Assembly (NCBI GenBank): GCA_045837725.1 | Contig: JBEWZL010000166.1 | Span: 1 to 64,000, forward strand | Source of the DNA: Vermamoeba vermiformis | Taxonomy: Eukaryota | Reading direction: 5' to 3' | Length of the DNA: 64,000 nt | Shown here: positions 63,363 to 64,000 of the stretch, one piece after another | How positions within the stretch are numbered: position 1 is the first letter of the stretch | Layout: the number at the start of each line of letters is the position of its first letter | The notes under the pieces: model-generated | Databases searched by the model: none | The model's input: only the letters and a program-made list of their open reading frames with translations | What the model was told of the DNA's origin: nothing | Program-made: the position numbers and the translations under genes

Positions 63363-64000
63363 TTTATTCGATGTAATATTTAACCAATATTTAAAAAAAT
63401 GATTCGTTCTTCGTTGATAAATCCACCAAGTTACAAGATTCGATTTTAAAAATATTCTTAAAAATTACCTGTAAGGCCCCGTCATGCTTGAATTGACATC
63501 ACCGTTTATATTTAATGGTCTACAGTAGCGAAACGGATCTTCAGTACCGTTTGGCAAAAGTAAATCTGCTGGTACAACGAGTACTGTTAGGACTCCGACC
63601 GCGTTCTACGTAAGTCTTGATTTTTTCGCAAAGCGGAACAAACAGCCCGCAGGATGACCTAGACGCCGCTAGATGATACGCTTTCCATACGGACCTCCGC
63701 TTGCGGGGCAGCCGCATCAGCTACAAAAAAATCGGAAAAGTTGCCGCATCGGTTTCAATTGCTTACTTGTTCTATTTTGATAATTATCACTTTCGCGTTC
63801 TGAATATATCTTAGTTTCCAATAAGTCGAAATGCACCAATCGGATCGCTTTCAAGTTTTCTATTACCATAAAGAGAAAAATCTTTGCTTTCTTATTTGTA
63901 GCAACACCAAGTACACCACCACAACGTAATTTATTCTTATTGCGTAGCTGATATACAAAACAAGAATGAATTCATTGACGAGTGGATTGGTCAGCTCAAA

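Noticed and set aside
63468-63606. Exon-like minus-strand segment (NAVGVLTV..GPY) bounded by AG and GT
   Set aside because: No partner exons or homology identifiable, and little room before the convergent LCAT stop
1-64000. CRISPR arrays, rRNA or tRNA genes, alternative genetic code
   Set aside because: None seen. Conserved genes translate with the standard code, and their interruptions are explained by GT-AG introns or single-base indels.

Overview
AT-rich, gene-dense eukaryotic genomic DNA with many short GT-AG introns. Gene content looks protist-like and resembles amoebozoans, but the species cannot be determined from the sequence. The window opens with an apparently complete 2.45 kb Kolobok-type DNA transposon (12-bp TIRs, TTAA flank) whose transposase ends in a homeodomain-like module. 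About 25 host genes follow: two tandem F-box paralogs (one with a MITE in intron 1), GNAT, GST, Ras, SETD7-like methyltransferase, CBM32-alginate lyase, a duplicated beta-propeller protein, a highly divergent beta-tubulin, ACF1/Itc1-like WAC-DDT protein, BTB, Mpo1, imidazolonepropionase, a Clu/RCC1 protein, an intronless F-box-ankyrin gene, a DUF6259-like protein, two GT32 paralogs, an ankyrin-F-box-WD40 gene, GH16, PA-7TM and LCAT/PLA2G15. Non-coding DNA carries three recurrent motif families: intronic TGACACGTGTCA palindromes, intronic GATC-N2-GATC, and intergenic GCGGGTAGCA. Three apparent single-base insertion frameshifts and one degraded poly-T tract suggest assembly errors. Exon boundaries were read by eye, gene spans are ATG to stop, and family calls come from motif recognition, not database searches.
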